Shown here one piece after another: positions 28,117 to 43,100 of a stretch of 64,000 nt of DNA (position 1 is the stretch's first letter; the number at the start of each line of letters is the position of its first letter). Position numbers and translations under genes: made by a program. The notes below the pieces were generated by a model. The model worked only from the letters and a program-made list of their open reading frames with translations, searched no databases and was not told the DNA's origin. Source of the stretch: Balanoglossus misakiensis (taxonomy: Eukaryota > Animalia > Hemichordata); the NCBI GenBank assembly GCA_040954595.2, contig CM082580.2, positions 13,566,242 through 13,630,241 on the forward strand. The letters are read 5' to 3'.

Positions 28117-31100
28117 ATGGAACATGATAGCAATCCCAGGGAGTCAACAAGCAAGAAACAGACCAGTGGCGACGCCAGCGGGTGAGTAACCGAGGCAACG
28201 CAACTGGTGGGTGTTAATTTCTGTGGCCGACAAACAGAAATTAAGAGACATTATCCCATCAGTACAGAAATGTTGCCATGGTTTTCTGTGTAAATCATCA
28301 GTAGTATTGCATCGTAAATGTGGCTGGTGTTAATAAAAATCTTCATTGTGTTTTTGGATGTCATGATTGGTTTATTGCCCAAAAAGCTGAATTGTAGAAG
28401 GCGTACTTTGACTTCCACAACTCCTCATGATCGAACAGAGAAATAATTTTAATGCTTTTTCAATTAAACCTGAAAAACACGTGTCAAAATCAAACAATTA
28501 GTTCTGCCTATGCTTGAAATCAAGCACACGTACATATCGACGGCAGAGTTCTTATTCTTATAGTAGTCTATTCACGTATGGTTGCAAAATACTTACGTGT
28601 TAGCATGGCCATGACATGTGGCATGGAAAACCACAGTACAAATCTGTACTCTTGCACAACATCAGGAAGATTAATGAGTAGAACACTCAAGAGAGCTTAC
28701 TTTTAGCTGAATCTCTATTGTTCTAGAAATTAATATTCTAGAAATACTCATGCCATCTGCAAACTCTCCGCAGTAATAATGCCTAGAGCAATGTGATATA
28801 GATCCACAATGGCATAGCTCTGCATAGTTACATGGTACAGAGGGATCAAGATGAACAATTGTGTGCGCCAGTCTTTTACATGAGGGAATGCAAACATGTG
28901 TCCAACGAAATGAAAACAATGAATCATGCAACATTTCTTTTCACTCAAGCTGTGTTGCGTGACCTAAATTGCCCTTCCATCCCTGACGAGTCTGAGCAAA
29001 TTTCTTTGTTGTTAATTATTAAAACCACACCTTGTCTGGTTTCCTTTGTTGGCTTAGTGTTAAAACACAAATGGCATTTTATTTTTATGCTATAAATAGA
29101 TGTTTAAAATCTCAACAGAAAAAGCAGGTGCTTTTTGTGCTTCAATAATTCTCGACTAATCACGTTGTTGTTAAATATTCAAATCAGGAAACGAGGTTGG
29201 GTGACGTGCTATGGACAGGAAAGCACTTTAAATAAGTCGTCAAGGTGAAATGATTTTCATTAGGTCTTCATTTCGTAATGACTTTCTTTCCTTTGATAAA
29301 GTCATTTGTAATCACAGTATGGTAAAAAAAATAAGAATGATGAAATTTTAATTGTTTTGCGGTTTTTGCAGGAAACGTTACAGTTGAGACACACATTCAG
29401 TGCAATCATCAGGTGTAGCCAGCTGTTTGGTATTATGCATGTAATTTGGTTCCTTCATCAGTTGTCATGGTGATGTGGTGTTAGTAACCAGGCAGTTGCT
29501 TAGCTGGGTATGGCTACACAGAATACCATTACCAGGGCCTAGTGTTCAGCACTTTTTATCTGTGCATGTTACACATGGCTTTGTAAACGTTTCATGATCA
29601 AACATGTAAGCATTGAGAATAATTGAAAATATAACCCTTTAGTTTATTTCTTCCCTTAGGGAATAACTTGAAAATGGATTGCCTGTTAAGTACCTTTCAA
29701 CCTCCCTAAACCCTGTCTGATTCGAAATTTCATGTAAATCTCTTTTTCAAATGCATGTAATCATTGTAAGTAACATATGGAGCTGAGGTGGTGTAAAATT
29801 GACTGTGTAAATAAAAAGTGTATACTTGATCAAGTGGTGTTATACTCATTGTGAAAAAAAATTCAATCAAATTTCTATTTCCCCGTCTCTGATGGCTTAA
29901 ATTCTAACACGCTGCAAAAGCTTGACTTGAATTGTCGTGTCTTAATATAAACTGGTGTTAAAATATTTATGACCCGAAGGTCTGTGTATTGATTTTCTCA
30001 TTTGATAAATTATTTTGGCCCATAACCAGGCTGTGTTGACCGAGTACGTTGATCTAATAACTTGATTTCCTGTGTATTGCCAATGATTCATGAAACATTA
30101 TGTGTGATATATCAAATACTTTTACCGTTCATGCTATCAGATTACATTATTGGCAGCTTTTGAAGGCCAGTGACTGAGAGAAATACAAGCTAGGAAAGTT
30201 TTTTTAGCTCTGTGGAATTGAACCTCATTTTTCAATTTAGTACATGTTTGTTTTGGTCTGTTGATGCTTCTAATACATACTGGTATGTTATCATGGCATT
30301 GATATGAAGTCCATGTGCAACAGTACAGAAACCATGCAAATATTGAAAATGCTTTTCCGGCCAGCAGTGTCACTGAATAGAATTTCTACAGAACAAACTG
30401 CAAAGCACAATAGGTCCTGTTTTCTCATGTCTCTCAATCACATAGACAAACATCCACAGGCAGAGATACACACACACACTCAAACACACACCTACATGTG
30501 TGTTTGCGTTACACTCTCAAATGTTGATTTCAGATGATAGCTCAGGCATCCTGTTGCTAGTCTTTTCTGAAGTCTAACTGTCTTGTGCACACACTTTAGT
30601 GACAGCTATTGATAAGTGTATAACAGCCATGATTATCATATGTCAATAATATTGCAAGTCATTATAGTGGGATTGTCCCTGATTAAACAGGTCAACACAC
30701 CTTAGGGTGAAGTTTTCTCTGGATTGTGTAATATTTACAAACCCAAGGTCATATTTCAGATTGTTTTGATAGGGCCGCCTTGGAAGTCAGTGAACTGATT
30801 CAGGTTTACTGTGAAAGTGAAATAGCATGATTGATAGTACAGACATGTAACAATGTAACTGTACCAGCAATTATCACCATTGCAGTAATGGCATGAACAC
30901 ATTTAACAGATTTATGATGGTGATTTCACTCTTTTGGCCATCACTGATTTGGAACTAATTATTTTCTGCTTCAAGGACCTGTGACTTTCCCATGAGGAGA
31001 CCTCTTTGTCACTGTTACATTCATCAACTGTTGGGCTAATAGATGAGCAGAGTCTAAAGATTCAGGATCCTGTTTTAATGATTAGTAGATAAGAATTTTC

Positions 31101-34100
31101 AAGGTGAAATTTTCAACTGCAGGAAGTGAGACATCTCGTGGGATTTCAGAGGGTTTGGGAAATTTACATAAGATATCAATTTGTTGGTATTGATTCATGT
31201 TTCTCTTTTGGTTTTATGTCCAAATCATGTGCATCATTTAAACAGAAATTTAGAGTGAATAGAATTGATTGTCAAACTATAAACCGGAGTTTATGGTGTG
31301 TTTGTTACTTGAATGCTAAACTGTAGATGTTACACCGACCTTGCCTGTGACAGTGCTAGTGACGTCAGGGAAAGCAAACACGCACCTGTAGCTGTCAGAA
31401 AGTATCTTGTTCACAAAAGCTCTTTAGCTTTTATTGAGTAAGAAAGCTTTTATCTGGTGTTAGCCTCAGATGTTAATTTAAATAGCGGCAGGTAAACTTG
31501 GGTGCAACCCAGTGAGGAAAATATGGCTGGATTTGATGTTTGTGTTGAATGGCCATGCAGGCCAACACTGAATGTAACCAAAGTGCATGCTTCACTTGCA
31601 AGAATGTAAGTATCTTTTTTTCCTGGAGAGTACACAGAGATTAGAGGCATAGGCGTACTATACAGGCATACAATGTACATGTAACTTGTAAGGGTGGGTA
31701 GCCGTATAGAGTTCAAAGCTCAATACTTAAACACTGGTTCTATTGATTCAGGATTTGTCATGATCATCCAACCATGGTTGCCTTTCATCTGCTCAAAGCA
31801 GTGTGGATTTCGATGTGGGTTTAAAGTCTCAGTTTATTGTTATTTTTTAAGTCAGGTTTTATGGAAATTGTTTGCATTATATCCTTTAAGTATTTAGTTT
31901 TCCTAATCAATATTCAAGTAATCCTGAGGTAGATTTCAGTTGTGAGGAGTGGGTTTATTTATTATTTGACAATAGTAAACCTACTAGTACTGGTACATGT
32001 ATAGTTGTGTTATTTCCTGGGTTGTTTTCTCCCTTGCTTTCTATCTTCACACTGCTCACTAACACCTTTTGTTTGTTGATCCTTGCAGGGAGACTCAAGA
32101 ATTAAGCAGATTACTAGAACTGCTGAACACACCAGCCAGTAAACAACAGGTAAGTCATCAGAAGCCATGACAAGTAGTATCTGGAAGCCTGGGAATGCGG
32201 CTAATGTGAAACTGGAAATCAATCCTTGGAGTTAGTGTTTTGTTTACCCATACCCCATTCATCTTCTTAAATAGACAATTCGGTGTATTTTAAGTCGTGG
32301 AGATTTACATGAAAACACTAGAATTTTCTGTAATCTTTGAATCTACATATTGCTCTTCTACATACACAACTGCCCAACATTTCTGAAGTCTGGTGGCTAA
32401 TGAGTATTTTTTCTTTTGCTTATTTTCAGTTACCGTCCATAGATATTGATACCTCAAACAATAATGAATTTAACATTAACAGTAAAGCCATACAGAGTTT
32501 ACCCATACCTCCAGGCACTTTTCAGAATCAAAGTACAGAGGCACTAGCATTAGAGCATTTAAGGTAAGTCTGTAGATTGTAGAGTATTAAGTGCTCAAAA
32601 TACATGCTGTATGTGATATGTGTGTTTTTGCAAAGTGAATGGGTGTGTGCATGAGTGTGTGGATGTACCTCCTGAAAAAAAATGTAATGTTATGTTTCTA
32701 TAATAACATTTTTTATATATTCCATTTTCAGTTTAAAATATCAATCTGAAAGGAATTTCAGTGTCCATCCACTTCACAAGAACTTCAGTCAGGTAAGTGA
32801 CGATTATTGACAGGAAAATATTTGACGGACTCCTACATTGATGTTCAGTCCATTTGTCTTTAGCCCAGATACCTTTTCAATCACTATCAGCTGTTTCATT
32901 CATCATTCTTCAGCGTTTCCATGGCGCCACCTCCCCCCTCTCCAGGCTTCTGTTAGAAATCAAATCCTTTCTCTGTGATAACAGAGCCTGTGCTCAATAC
33001 AGCGCAACTTTGGCAAGTAGTATCTGGAAATGTCACAACGATGTGAAAGAATTATGATCAAAGGAAATCTCCCCTCAGCGGTAGATTGGAATTGCATTCC
33101 AAGATAAAAACTCAAGTACTGCAGACATTCTATCACTTCAGACGCAAGGACAAAGAGATCACTCAGAGAGGAGAAAAATAACTGTCAAGTGGTTGTTAGT
33201 GGCAACTGACAAGGAGGAGAAGAAATATATGGACAGGGGCATGGGAAAGTTAGAGATTTAACGTTTCAGCAATCTGGGTTCTGACTTAGGAGGCCCCAGT
33301 AGAGCGAACAGGGTGTGTCAGCTCCTGGACGTACTTAATCGGGATGTCATAGTACTCACGACTAATTAATAAGTTGCCTGTCCTAGCAAAAGCTTGCCAT
33401 ATATTAGTATTTTTGACATTCACCAAAACCAAAATGGTCCAATTCTTCAATTAATGGCAGAAACATTTGACTTGCTGTATTTTACTAATAGCTGTCTATC
33501 TCTTCCTGCCTTCCAGATATTTTCAGCCTTGGTCCAAAACAGATTATGTAATAAGTAAGTCTTTTGCCATTTTGCCGAAGATGTTGTTAACATCTCTGTT
33601 TACAGGTTATTGACACACCTGGTATAATTGCTGACTGGCCTTGTCAATATTTCAATCACGATCTTGATACCTATTTCCTGATAATCAGAGTTTATATATA
33701 GCATTCTAATGATGTTTTTTTCCTGTTTTGTGACAGTGAATGGGCAGACAGAGCTCCTCCAGAGAATATATTAAGAGTTTTAATTTGCCTTCGCATGTTT
33801 ATGAGAGATGCAGCTTATCAGGTAATTACATGACATGTATATCTTGACTTTTTATGGCTCTGCTTGACAAGACTGCTTGACAAAACTGTGTGTCTGTCAT
33901 GTTGTCCATTTGGAAAATCAAAAAATGAATTTTAAAATTGTTTCTTTTAAATTCCAGAAAAGATTTTTTGAATTGGGTGGTGTCAAAGTACTTGCGGAGG
34001 TAAGTTTAATTTTTGTGTGTGATTTATTTTAATATTCTTTATGTTAATATGTTTGTAAGAACAATAGCTTCGAAAATGTTATGCTGTTTAATAGTTTGTA

Positions 34101-37100
34101 TATTTGAGAAGCAGTGAATGAATAACATACAGTTCAACTCCTCATATTTAATCCATGATGGTTCTATCCTGAGTAAAAATTTCTATTGAAAACATAATGG
34201 ATTGGAGAATAATGACCTCAAAATGTCAGCTTAGAGACATGCAGTAACAAAATGACAAAATTCAATAAAATTTTATAACATTTTTTATTGCACATATGTT
34301 CCACTCTGCTACAGCACACGTTCTATGCAAATGTTTTTGTAAACCATAAAAGCTTAACATACAGTAGCCTGCATAATCTGCACTTATCACAGAAGATATA
34401 CAATTTTTCATGAATAAAATTATTCTTTGTTAGACTAGGAGACAATATACACTGGACGAACATTTTATTTTTTTCCCAGAGACAGTTGCAAAAAAAGCAG
34501 TCTGAGCGTGCACTGAATATGAAATATTGTGAGTGAATAGTCATCCCTTGCTGTGAGACTGACACATTCATCTACTGATATGTCTATGGCAACTGTAGCA
34601 ACCAACTCAATTACAGCATAGAAATTGACATGAAAAGATGTAGATTTATCAATCTCACAACATCTGAAGATGAATCACTAATGTCAGTAAATTCAAAAGG
34701 TTCCAGTCTCATCAACATTTTTCTTTTTTTGCTTTCTTATTTTGCTCTTCAGCGCCTTCAAACTGCCACAGAGACATATTTACATTATGGCGAACAGCCG
34801 TTTATTATGGACATATTAAAAGAAATGACAAGTAAGTATCGTGAAATTCTACATTAACGTATTCGAGAACATGCAACATGGTTTCTGTTGATCAGTTTTT
34901 ACATTCCTGCCATGAATAAATTTGTTGGTGTGCTTGTGTCATTTCCAAATGCATAATTTATGAATTACAAAGCTCTGTTTTCTCATCTCTCTTCATTCAC
35001 AGATATATTTCAGAAGCTGTCAGCCCAGGTGTCTCAGAGAGACTGGCTTGTCGCATGTGGAGCTCACAAAGTAAGATTATTTCAAGAAAACAGGACTTGT
35101 TTTGTCTGTAAATGCTTTTCACAGATGTGCAATCAAGTGTATTGAGTTGAATTGAATTGAAACATATGTTGTAATGCGTAATTAATCTTACTGGAGTCAC
35201 TGGGCGAGTGAAAAAGGCCATCCACATATTTTCTGGTCTCCGGGACACTGTTCAGTCAAGGATGACGAAAACACTCAATGCAAAACAAATGAGCAGGATG
35301 CTTTGCAAACTTTGTAACGTTCATCGCTGTGTAGAGCATGATGTATTGACCGGCCTGGAGCCAAACACTGCTTTCATTTGTACTGAAATCTACATGCTTA
35401 ATAAAGTGTGACAAAAGCCTCTATTTGCGTTAAGGTGTCACTTACCTAAAGAGCAGTTTAACATCCGCTTGTAAATTGATGGTGTGTTTAAATTAGAATT
35501 TAGAAAAACAGCCCTCAGCAAAGAAACTGTTGTCCACTACACTTTCACTTGTAAAAATATATATTTGCAAGATGTGTCCCACTTTCTCTTATTTTGAAGT
35601 GCATTCCGACGTGGAATTTGATTTTGCATTTCTCTCGTTTTTTTCTCCAGCCTTTAGTATTACTTTTATCTGCCAATGAAGTAATAGTGCTGCACTGTAC
35701 ACTGCATGCCTTGATCAGTTTAGCTCAAAGGTAAGCTCTCATAAATTCTGTCTTCATGTTTTGGATGTAAAGAAATCCCTGTTTTAATGACTTTCATTTG
35801 ACGTTTAGTAATGTTCTCACTACCATTGTGTCATTTCTTTTCTTCATCTTATTTCAGCCCTGAACCCAGAGCTTTGATTGGAAGTTTGAATTGCATTGAA
35901 ACTTTGCTGAGGATCCTCCAAGACTATGACATTCCTTCTAAGAAGTAAGTGAGATTCTGACCTGCATGTATATCCTAGTATTTTATTGGCATGACATGCA
36001 TCATTCAGTGTTACATACAACATTCATATATTAGACTAGAGCACAAAGGATAGTATAAACTGATTCAGCAAAACTCTGATATTTCACCAACAGACAAGCA
36101 GCCCATCTACTTAAGATCCTGTGTGCTGATTCACAAGTGCGAGAACAAGTCAAGATCTACGATGGTGTCCCCATTCTTCTAAGTCTGCTGCATTGTGATA
36201 ATCTCAAACTGCTCTGGAATGTGGTAAGTTTGTGTTGAGTCAGTGAGGTGTAGTGCAAAAGTACCGGTATAAAGATCAACATTAACCAAACCTGACCCAT
36301 GACTGCAGAATACACATTTACTGTTGTAAAAGCATTTCTCTCTCTTTTTTCTCTGCAGATTTGGTGCATAGTTCAACTGTCAGAAGATCCTGATATAAGC
36401 AGTGACATTAAGACTATGGGAGGCCTTCCCCTGATACTCAGCATCTTACACGATAGAAAGTTTATATTTGATGGATCAAGTAATTCGCTGCCTCGAAGCG
36501 CTGATAGTACGGGCAAGAGAATCCCACCCACATTTTCAGTCGGAGACTTTGTAAGTTTAAAACGGCTATTGTCAGATCACTCATGAATTTCCTGTGAAAA
36601 TATGATCGTTACATTCCATGTTCCTGCGTAGCCTACCTAGTATGTCTGTGCTGTTTTGTGGTGTTTTTGTTAAGACCACACATGTCGTTGGTTCTGTGTG
36701 TTGAATTCAGGTTCATCCTGCATAATTTCTCTGATGTTTTCTTGTGTTGCAGTGTAATGAAGAACCATGGGAAAATGTGTTGTCTCTTCAGTCAGGTAAG
36801 AACGCAGCCACTGTGTAGTCAAACAGCATGTGCATGCATGCATGTGTGCCATCGCTACAACATATTAGTGTCAGTTAGCCTTTTCTGCGACTAAATGTCT
36901 TGTTTTTGACTGACATTGGAAATATTTTTCTCTTCTTGTAGCTTGCTGTGCTGCCCTGACTGAGTTGGTACTTAATGATGCAAATGCCCAACAGTTGGTT
37001 CAGGTAAGTACACATAGATTGATATGTCAATAATTATAAACACTCTGTACATGTAAACAAAACCCACACAATTTGACCTGTACACAAATCTGAAATCATT

Positions 37101-40100
37101 TCTTAATTAATTTGTTTCCAGAATAATGGTATCTATGTGATAGGAATGTTAATATTTCCAAAGAAGACCACCAAACCACAGGATGCCACTGCAGTTCATA
37201 CATTACAGGTATTAAGGCGATTTATCTTCTGTAATGTAATTTTCCACTTGTTTTATCATGTTAGAAAAGATTAATGTTGATCTACTATAAAAGTTTTGAG
37301 CCATGAGAAGAAGCCACTATGAAAACATTCATGTCTTTTCTGTATTTTTCCTCCCTGCAGAAAAATGCCTTCCGTGCATTGAGGTTTCTATTCAGCATGG
37401 AAAGGAACAGACAGATGTTTAAGAGATTATTCCCTGCAGATCTTTTTGAGAAGTTTATTGATATTGGACACTACGTTAGAGATATCAAGAAATATGAACC
37501 ATTGGTCAATATGCTGAACAGTCTTTCTGTAAGTCTCCTCAAATGATTTCCTTAATATTCTTTCACTCTGCTTTTGTTTTCTTGTTCTTTTTAGTACGTT
37601 TGATATCACTCTCTGTATGCTGATTGATGTTGATTTTTCTGTTTCTATATCAGCCTGAACATTTACAAGAAATTCAAGAACATTTCCATGACTCCAACCA
37701 AAATAAAGAACCCACACGGTATATTGGAACTTATGCAGTCTATGAACATCTTGGGACTGGTGCATTTGGAAGTGTCTATAAGGTAGGTAGTACATTCTGG
37801 CTTTCATCATTTGCATGTGCAGTTTAACTTAAATTTGTATGTGATCGCTATTAATCGCTGTAACTCATTTAGAAGAAAATATTCTTCTAGTTTTTCTTTT
37901 ATGGAACATAGATGTAATGTAAATTCTGGTCTTGTTACAGGTGAAGAAGAAAATGTCTGGTACATTTTTAGCTTTGAAAGAAATCAATTTACTGAATCCA
38001 GCCATTGGTAAGACTGTCAAAGAGAGAGACGCCAGTGTTGGACAGATCGTCAGTGAATTGCCCATCGTTAAAAAAGGCTTGAAGCATCCCAATGTGGTCC
38101 GATATCTCAAAACATTCAACGACAGTAAGTGTGGTTTATACCATGAATGATATTAATTCTTTGTTTGTTTGGTTGTCAATTTGAACCATCCCAACATGTG
38201 TACTATTTTTATTTCTGTACTGGAATTGATGTGATTTTCCCTTCTGTATTTCAGCTGACAAATTGTACATAGTGATGGAGTACATTGATGGTGCTCCCCT
38301 GTTTGAGCACTTCAATTCTCTGAAGGAGAAAGGAGAGAGGTTTTCAGAAGACAGGATCTGGAACATATTTATTCAGGTAGAAACCTACAATGATTATCAT
38401 TCTGGTTTACTCATCCTTAGGCAAAGATCTGGAACATTAGTTCATTCCTGGAATTGAAAGTCCTGGGAAATATTTTTTCTTCGTCCAATTTTCAGGAGTT
38501 ATTTCTTTCCACTGACTAGTTGATTGACATGTGTCTGTTTTTCTTTCCCTTCCAGATTGTTTTAGCTCTCAGGTATTTACACAAAGAGAAGAGAATTGTA
38601 CACAGGGATTTGACACCTAAAAATATAATGTTAGGTGAAAATGACAAAGTTGTGATCAGTAAGTTTGCACTTCAAATACTCAAATTTGTGATTTTGATTA
38701 TTTCCATTGTATAAGTTATTAGGTAAACGCTTCCATACCAATTTAATGCCATACTTATGCTAAATGTTGTGACATTTTGCAGCTGATTTTGGCCTTGCTC
38801 GTCAGAAGAGACAAGATTGTAGTGCAATGACCTCCGTTGTAGGAACTATACTTTATTCCTGGTAAGTAAGATTGAAGGGGAAAAAGTTGTGTTGCTTTGT
38901 TCAGAAATACTTTTCTACCATAGATTGTACATACATGTTGAGACCCACAGATATACATCTCAATTAACATTATTTGTTGTCATTCTTGTCCACAGCCCAG
39001 AAATTATCCAGAGTCTGCCGTACGGTGAGAAGGCTGATGTCTGGTCCATTGGATGCATACTCTATGAGATGTGTGCATTGAAACCCCCATACTATAGCTC
39101 TAATATGCTGTCACTGGCAACAAAGGTGAGATTACGTAGAGATGTTTTTTTTAACAGAAAAGATGTGACTGGCTGTATTTTTCATTTCACAGAGAAAACA
39201 TGAGAGCTAATCAAAGATTTTGTGTTTTGTTTTTTCAGATTGTTGAAGCTCAGTACGATGCTCTGCCACAAGGCATGTACTCAGAGACTGTATATCAGAC
39301 GATACGCAGGTATGTTGTCGTTTCTACATTTCAGCTTCCTTCACTTAAATCATCTTCTCTTTTATTAATATTTTCCAGCTGAATATTAGCTGACTGTGAA
39401 GTACCTGTCAATGTTATATAAAGAAAATGTATTTTCGCTACATGTTCTGTCGTCCCCATGTAATAAAAACAAAATAATTGTGTTGTATTGCCACTAGGGG
39501 TCAGCAGTACATTTCTTCAGGCTTTGTAATTATATTGCATGTCATTTATAAAAATAAATAATGATGGCAGTGACTGAACATAGCATAGCAGGAATTCAAA
39601 CTTACTGTCTTCTTTTTAATGCCACAAATAGTTGTCTAACTCCGGCAAAAGAAGAACGTCCAGACATCACACAGGTTGCAAGCCTTATATCTGATGTGTT
39701 GCTGATTCACATGGATAAACTGAGAGTGAATCAAATCAGTATGGAGAAGAAGTTGGAAAGGGAACGCAAGAGAACACAGAGGTAAGATGATGATTTGGGA
39801 TGAAATGGACGCAACATTTGTAAACCACAGATCTGTGTCCATCTGCATACACAAAATGAAATAACTTGTTAAGAAAATCGTTATTATCACAACCTGTAAG
39901 GTGAGAGAAAGTACAATCATGGGTTTGACTTTATTTTTGTTTCAGGCATTTCAATGATGCCAACCGCAATATGCAGAATTACCACCGATTGTTTATAGCG
40001 TCACAAGAACGTTATGATAAGCTGCTGGCCAGCAGTGGTGGAGCCTCAAGCATCAGAAGTGACTCGGAAATGAGGTAAAAAAGAAAAAATATAACTGACA

Positions 40101-43100
40101 TTCATTCTATGTTCCCCGTTATCTGTACTTTGAATTATATCTGTTTGAGTTTTTGTATAATCTGATTTTTTCTGGTGTTTGTGTCTTGCAGTGACAGTGT
40201 CTTTGAAGGCAGTGAGGCGGGGTCAAATTCAGGTCAAGTTCACAATCACATCAATGGTCAGAGAAGCAAGTCTCCAAATCCAAGCGGTGCCAAAGCTCAG
40301 ACAGTTGCTGTCAACCTTGAACCAGACAAAGGTAAGGGGTCTTCTTGCTGATGGGGCTGTTCCATCTTACCTTGCTGCTGTTATGTGGTGTAAGTTACCC
40401 TTGTAACAAAACATACTGTTATCGTGTAAAGGATAGGTCGAGTATTGTAACTTGATTTTTATAATTTTTTTCACCCAGATTCTTTAAGTGGTGCAGAGGA
40501 AGACGACAGTACCTACAGGAATGATGGAGGCACTAGCAGTCTTGAAAACAGTGGAAATAGTACTATATTGGGTAAGTACCAAAGGCAGGATGTGAATCCT
40601 TCTACTCCCCAATATCTGCACATTTATAACTGCAATGTTGTGAAAACTGTGTGGCTGTAGTACAGAGAATACAGTGGGCAAATGCCTTGTGGTTTATAAT
40701 GCAGCACAAAACTTTAATCCTACACTGTTGTTTTTAGTCTTGGACCCTAAACCTACATCTCACATATATCTCACAATGGTGAACCCTGGGGCTCCCTTCA
40801 AACGTCTGTGTATACACAGAAAGAGTCCTGTTTTTAAGAATCCTGGCTTTATTCTAATACCCCAGGCCCATGGTTTATTAACATTCTACACTGTTGTTTT
40901 TTTGCTAACCTGTAAAACCCTCGATTTTTTTACTAATCTTCACCCAAGGTGGCAGTTTCACTGTACCCAGACCTCCGAGTGGGAAACAGAATGTAAGGAG
41001 ATCCCTTGTACTAGACATACCAGGTAAGGGTTCTCTTATTGGTAATAATCAGACTTGGTGAGGAACTGGTTAGTTGTGATATTTCAACATAGTATTCTGG
41101 GTCACTCTGAGTTATAACAGCATTTTTTTGTCCTTCCAATTTTGCTTGCAGTACTCAATTCCAAGTCGCTTAGTTCAGGGTCACCTTCACCGAATGACGT
41201 CTCGTTGCCAAGTACACCATCTGCCACATCTGTAGGCAGCAGTCCAATGGCCGAGAGATACGACCGACCACACATACTGAGATCACAGAGCAGTTCATTT
41301 GCTGAGTTGAGTGGAAGGAAACAAAGTTCTCAACTGAGAAACAGACCGCGTAAGTATCTACAATATGTATGCATGTGAACAGAACTCCAGATAGACTGAA
41401 GTATCTGAGTAACTATTGATAATACATGTGTTGACATTTATCAGTGAACTACACATTATTTTCATTAATTCTTTTTATTTCTGTTTTCTTTTTCATTTTG
41501 TCACCATTTTCTTCTGTTCACATCATGTCACATTTTGATGATTCACTCATAGGGGCAGGCTCAGGTAGGCATCCGACATGTGATGCATGATTGATCCCTT
41601 GCACCGATTTGCTGTGAATTTGTTTAAACAGCATAATATGTTTTGCCTTCTTGATTGCCATGCCCTGACAACACTGACTCTAACCCCATATCTGAATAAG
41701 TGTGGTCTTTCGTCTGGGATCTGTCTTCCTGTATTGACCTGCTTCAGACTTTTTAGAGCTGTTTGGACACAGACGCAAATGAAACAGTGAAAACAACAAC
41801 ATCTCTCAATGACATTTTTTTCATAACTCTGATGTTTTTTTTTCCAATCAACATCGTAAGTTTCAACTTTCCATTTTAGTCTCTTCTTAATTGAAACATT
41901 TTGTTTGTCTTTGACAGCTTCAGCAGCAGCAACACTGACCATTTCACCCCGGAAGGTCCGACAGATCAATGACCCCATCATGCAAATGTTAAATCAACTT
42001 CACAAGATTATCTTTGTAACTCAGCTGCCACCAACATTAGCACAGAACCCACGGAGAAGAGTCATCGAGAGATTCAAAAGAGCCCTCTTTGCACAACAGA
42101 GCAGTTCATTTAATCTGAAAACAGAACTGAAGAAGGTAAGCGAACTCGGTGGATAGAAAAAAATTAAGTGAACAAGATCAGTGTTGGTTTTATCCTGGTA
42201 GATGAAAATGGCTGCCAAACAGTATTTGTTAAACATTATCAGTTGTGTACTTGTGGTAGGTCAAATCTGGTCAAGTCAGGTCACTGATTTATTTATATTT
42301 ACATTCTTTGTATATGTAGTTAGTGATTGTTGGATTTCATTTTTTTTGTCTACAGCTCATGATCGGCTCTCGTGATCTGATTGATTTGAATTTCGGATCG
42401 GGTGAGACGACAAATTTATTGAAGCACTGCAACTTAGAAGAAGAAAAGACAGGTGAGTTGTATAAATTAGAAAATATTCTACTGTAGTCCATAGATTTGT
42501 TCACACCTGAAATTGTCAAACAGAACAAACTCTTTTGCAGTTGACCTCTGACCTTTGATCTCTGACCTTTCCATAGGCATCGACCCCAGCGATTTAGAAG
42601 TCGGCATAACATACGAACAGATGCAGGTTATCATAGAGAGTGTTCTGACAGAAAGTGGATATTATGACATGACCCCGACAGCAAGGTACGAAATTCCGTC
42701 CAGGCCTAAGTTTTTTCTGGAGTGAGTGACGTGCTGCCACTCCTACTAGAGTGGTTGTACTTTTTATTGGGATGACATCTCCATCCTGTTGGACCACAGA
42801 GGATTACACTCTGTTGAAGAGAAGCAGCCAACATTGGGCTGCAGGTACCAGTGAGAACAGACACTGGTATACAAGGGTTTTTTTGTCCATGACAGTGTGG
42901 AATATTTCATGAAATTGTCCAAGCAAGCAAATAAGAAAGGGGGGGCACATGATATAAAATCAATACACATCAAGTACATGTGCAGTGTGTTCCCTGTTTA
43001 TTGTGTGTGAACCATATACATTCATCCCTTTATTTTGCATGTCTGTCCCAAATGGGAAAGTATTGCATACGCATGCATGATATGCATGGTCCTGAGTGCC

